Source of the DNA: Pristiophorus japonicus
Taxonomy: Eukaryota
Assembly (NCBI RefSeq): GCF_044704955.1
Contig: NC_091977.1
Location: forward strand, 38,564,001 to 38,628,000
Reading direction: 5' to 3'
Length of the DNA: 64,000 bases
This document shows positions 59,533 through 64,000 of the stretch, piece after piece. Position 1 is the stretch's first letter, and the number at the start of each line of letters is the position of its first letter. A model generated the notes under the pieces. That model searched no databases. It was not told the DNA's origin and saw nothing but the letters and a program-made list of their open reading frames with translations. The translations under genes were made by a program, and so were the position numbers.

Positions 59533-62500
59533 ACGCAGCGTGGCGGCCCTGACCTGCGAGAGACCAGCAGCAGCAGGTCGAGGCCATAGAAGGACCGGCA
59601 TGCGGCAGCCATGGGCAGAGTGGCGGCATACCACTGCAAGGTACAGCCCGAGTTGGTGCAGGAGGGTGATGGCAGCGAAGAGAGACATCATCAAGATCCA
59701 GGTCGGTGATTGGAGCGTGAGCAGGTACAGCAGAAGCGGCAAGGTCGGGGTGAAAGAGGGGCGAGAGACTGTAGAGGTACGTGATCGGGGCCCAGGAGAA
59801 GTGCGAGTTCGGGGCCAGAAGAGGCGTCGATCCACGGGCAGCACGGGTCAGCCTCCACTGCGATATGTGTGTGCACTAGGTCCATGCAGCAGAGCAGGTC
59901 TCCAGTCCTTTTGGTTAATCCTTGCCACTGGACCAAGACCTGGCTCTGTCAAGCCCGTGTGGTGGCTGGTGTGCAACGGCCACCACACGTTAAACAAAAT
60001 CCACGCACAGGCATCTTCCACCCCACACTATGTAGTTCAGGACCTGGAATATTAGGTCCTTCATTGAAACAGCTGTGAACTCATCCTTTTCTGGCATGGA
60101 GATGTGTACTCCATGTGGGAGTTGTGTACAGACCACCAAACAGTCGTGGTAAGGTTGGGGACAGCATCAAACAAGAAATTAGGGATGCTTGCAATAAAGG
60201 TACAGCAGTTATCATGGACGACTTTATCTACATATTGATTGGGCGAACCAAACTGGCAGCAATGCGGTGGAGGAGGATTTCCTGGAGTGTATTAGGGAAT
60301 ATGTCGAGGAACCAACTTGAGGGCTGGCCATCTTAGACTGCGTGATGTGTAATGAGAAAGGACAAATTAGCAATCTTGTTGTGCGAGGCCCCTTGGCGAA
60401 GAGTGAGCATAATATGGTAGAATTCTTTATTAAGATGGAGAGTGACACAGTTAATTCAGGGACAAGGATACTGAACTTAAGGAAAGGTAACTTCGATGGT
60501 ATGAGACATGAATTGGCTAGAATAGGCTGCCGAATGATATTTAAAAGGTTGACGGTGGATAGCCAATGGCAAACATTTAAAGATCACATGGATGAACTTC
60601 AACGCTTGTACATCCCTGTCTGGAGTAAAAATAAAAGGTGACTCAACCGTGGCTAACAAGGGAAATTAAGGATAGTGTTAAAACCAAGGAAGAGGCATAT
60701 AAATTGGCTAGAAAAAGCAACAAACCTGAGGACTGGGAGAATTTTGTAATACAGCAGAGGAGGACAAAGAGTTTAATGAGGAGAGGGAAAGTAGAGTATG
60801 AGAGGAAGCTTGCTGGCAACATAAACTGACTGCAAAAGCTTCTATCGATATGTGAATAGAAAAAGATTAGTGAAAACAAAAGTAGGTCCCTTGCAGTCAG
60901 ATTCAGGTGAATTCATTATGGGGTACAAAGAAATGGCGGACCAGTTAAACATATACTTTGATTCTGTCTTCACGAAGGAAGACAGGAATAACCTTCCGGA
61001 AATACTAGCGGACCGAGGGTCTAATAAGAAGGAGGAACTGAAGGAAATCCTTATTAGGCGGGGAATTGTGTTGGGGAAATTGATGGGATTGAAGACCGAT
61101 AAACCCCAGGGCCTGATAGTCTGCATCCCAGAGTACATAAGGAAGTAGCCCTAGAAATAGTGGATGCATTGGTGATCATTTTCCAACAGTCTATTGACTC
61201 TGGATCGGTTCCTATGGATTGGAGGGTAGCTAACGTAACAACACTTTTTAAGAAAGGAGACAGAGAGAAAACAGATAATTATAGATCGGTTAGCCTGACA
61301 TCAGTAGTGGGAAAAATGTTGGAATCAATTATTAAAGATGAAATAGCAGCACATTTGGAATGCAGTGACGGAGTCGGTCCAAGTCAGCATGGATTTATGA
61401 AAGGGAAATCATGCTTGACAAATCTTCTGGAATTTTTTGAGGATGTAACTAGTAGAGTGGACAAGGGAGAACCAGTGGATGTGGTGTATTTGGACTTTCA
61501 AAAGGCTTTTGACAAGGTCCCACTCAAGAGGTTGTTGTGCAAAATAAAAGCACATGGTATTGGGGGTAATGTGCTGACGTGGATAGAGAACTGGTTGGCA
61601 GAGAGGAAGCAGAGAGTTGGGATAAACGGGTCCTTTTCAGAATGGCAGGCAGTGACTAGTGGAGTGCCGCAGGGCTCAGTGCTGGGACCCCAGCTCTTTT
61701 CAATATACATCAACAATTTAGAAGAAGGAATTGAGTGTAATATCTCCAAGTTTGCAGATGACACTAAACTGGGTGGCGGTGTGAGCTGTGAGGAGGACGC
61801 TAAAAGGCTGCAGGATGATTTGGACAGGTTAGGTGAGTGGGCAAACGCGTGGCAGATGCAGTGTAATGTAGATAAATGTGAGGTTATCCACTTTGGTGGA
61901 AAAAACACAAAGGCAGAATATTATCTGAATGGCGGCAGATTAGGAAAAGGGGAGGTGCAACGAGACCTGGGTGTCATGGTATATTAGTAATTGAAAGTTG
62001 GCATGCGGGTACAGCAGGCAGTGAAGAAGGCAAATGGTCTGTTGGCCGTCATCGCTAGGGGATTTGAGCATAAGAGCAGGGAGGTCTTACTGTAGTTATA
62101 CAGGGCCTTAGTGAGGCCTCACCTGGAATATTGTGTACAGTTTTGGTCTCCTAATCTGAGGAAAGACCTTCTTGCTATTGAGGGAGTGCAGCGAAGATTC
62201 ACTAGACTGATTCCCGCGGGGGATGGCAGGAACGACATATGAGGAGAGACTGGATCGACTGGGCCTGTATTCACTGGAGTTTAGGAGGATGAGAGGGGAT
62301 CTCATAGAAACATATAAAATTCTGACGGGACTGGACAGGTTAGATGCAGGAAGAATGTTCCCGATGTTGGGGAAGTCCAGGACCAGGGGACATAGCCTAA
62401 GGATAAGGATTAAGCCGTTTAGGACTGAGATGAGGAGAAACTTCTTCACTCAGGGAGTTGTTAACCTGTAGAATTCCCAACTGCAGAGAGTTGTTGATGC

Positions 62501-62729
62501 CAGTTCATTGGATATATTCAAGAGGGAGTTAGATATGGCCCTTATGGCTAAAGGGCTCAAGGGTTATGAAGAGAAAGCAGGAAAGGTGTACTGAGGTGAA
62601 TGATCAGCCATGATTTTATTGAATGGTGGTGCAGGCTCGAAGGGCCGAATGGCCTGCTCCTGCACCTATTTTCTATGTTTCTATGGAAGGAAGTCATCCT
62701 TGTTTCGAGGGACTGCCTATGATGATGAT
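59533..62729 (+). mobile_element. RTE-tailed non-autonomous element (59533-60100 plus 62683-62729) split by a CR1 insertion
   Basis: Removing the CR1 restores ..gaactcatcc..ATGGAAGGAAGTCATCCT..GAGGGACTGCCTATGATGATGAT, matching the intact junction in the 27826-28050 copy; ATGGA is duplicated at 60096-60100 and 62683-62687. Confidence 0.8.
60101..62684 (+). mobile_element. CR1 LINE, 5'-truncated in the endonuclease domain, disrupted
   Basis: GVVYRPPNS at 60115, RT ORF 61160-61987, 3' UTR and (TTTCTATG)n tail. Confidence 0.95.
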
Positions 62730-63487
62730 AATTACTTGACAGCATGGAAAAACAAACCAAAATAAAAACATGTTGATTACATCAGCTAACAGCTTGATGG
62801 AATTCTGTTCTACTTGAAATACTTGTAAATGTTACTTCAGAAACTCCTGAATGGGATGTAAATGGTGAGGGAAATACATTTTTCACTGGCCATTCTCGGC
62901 TATTGCCTTCCAACTCAACATTAATTGCAATGATTTGATCTGCACTATTAAAAATGACGTATAACATTTAAATAAATGTTTGTTTTATTTCTGGTCAGGT
63001 ATTTCTCACAGTATACTGTGATTGCCCAGTTAAACCTTAAATCAAGTCATCAAACACAACAATGTAATTCTCATCACCCATTCCACTGGTTCAATTTGCT
63101 TTCAGTCCCTGAATATGACTAACTTAATTTTTCAGTCTGAGACTCTCGAGTGAATTTCTGAGGAGTTACTCTGATTTATCTATTGTTAACTTCAATGGAA
63201 GAGCTGCAGAAATCCCCAAAACACATTTGTCGGCACTTAGACAGTTTGTCAGAGATTCCACAGCTCTTCCGCTGAACTTGCATAAGATTGTAAATCCACC
63301 CCTTTACAATTACATTTAAAATCCACTTATTTTTATGTTTTATACACATACATCTTTTATTTTTACCTGTTACTGATACAAACGCCTATGGATTTGTGAC
63401 AAACGCACCAATAATTTCCCAAATAATGTACTTTTAAAAATTATGTCCTTGATTGTCTTTGTAGATGGAGTCATATTATTTAATGAT

Positions 63488-64000
63488 AATAGAAACATAG
63501 ATACATAGAAAATAGGTGCAGGAGTTGGCCATTCGGCCAATCGAGCCTGCACCACCATTCAATAAGATCATGGCTGATCATTCACCTCAGTACCCCTTTC
63601 CTGCTTTCTCTCCATACCCCTTGATCCCTTTAGCCATAAGGGCCATATCTAACTCCCTCTTGAATATATCTAACGAACTGGCATCAATATTTCTCTGCGG
63701 TAGAGAATTCCACAGGTTCACAACTCTCTGAGTGAAGAAGTTTCTCCTCATCTCAGTCCCAAATGGCTTACCCTTTATCCTTCGACTGTGACCCCTGGTT
63801 CTGGACTTCCCCAACACCAAGAACATTCTTCCCGCATCTAACCTGTCCAGTCCCGTCAGAATTTTATATGTTTATACGAGATCCCCTCTCATTCTTCTAA
63901 ACTCCAGTGAATACAGGCCCAGTCGATCCAGTCTCTCCTCATATGTCGTTCCTGCCATCCCGGTGAACCTTCGCTGCACTCCCTAAATAGCAAGAACATC
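63488..64000 (-). mobile_element. CR1 3' end, continues beyond the window
   Basis: atagaaacatagatacatagaaaataggtgcaggag tail; ORF 63587-63826 RGHS.RI.GKPF..VVNLWNSLP..KGIKGYGEKAGKGY. Confidence 0.95.

Overview
Eukaryotic, repeat-dense vertebrate DNA, most likely a cartilaginous fish (shark). That call is inferred from SacSINE1-like Deu-SINEs, abundant CR1 LINEs with (TTTCTATG)n/(TTCTTATG)n tails and RTE LINEs with (GAT)n tails. No intact host gene is recognisable, and nearly all long ORFs in the track are broken LINE ORF1/ORF2 pieces or stop-free GC-rich repeat. Contents: about 20 CR1 copies or fragments (one keeps part of the SGNH-esterase ORF1 plus all of ORF2), one 2.2-kb RTE LINE, short RTE-tailed non-autonomous elements, L2 fragments, Deu-SINEs, a second tRNA-SINE family, Tigger/pogo-like and PIF/Harbinger-like MITEs, and a degenerate Penelope-type hammerhead motif. 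A 3.4-kb G-rich (GGGTC GGGGC CTCTC)n satellite with higher-order structure appears to have grown out of a Tigger-like MITE. A few isolated candidate exons are noted at low confidence. I found no convincing novel multi-gene system; the best leads are the MITE-borne satellite, the RTE-tailed element with a conserved stem-loop, and a MITE with a central ~240-nt hairpin. Boundaries of old repeats were read by eye and are approximate.
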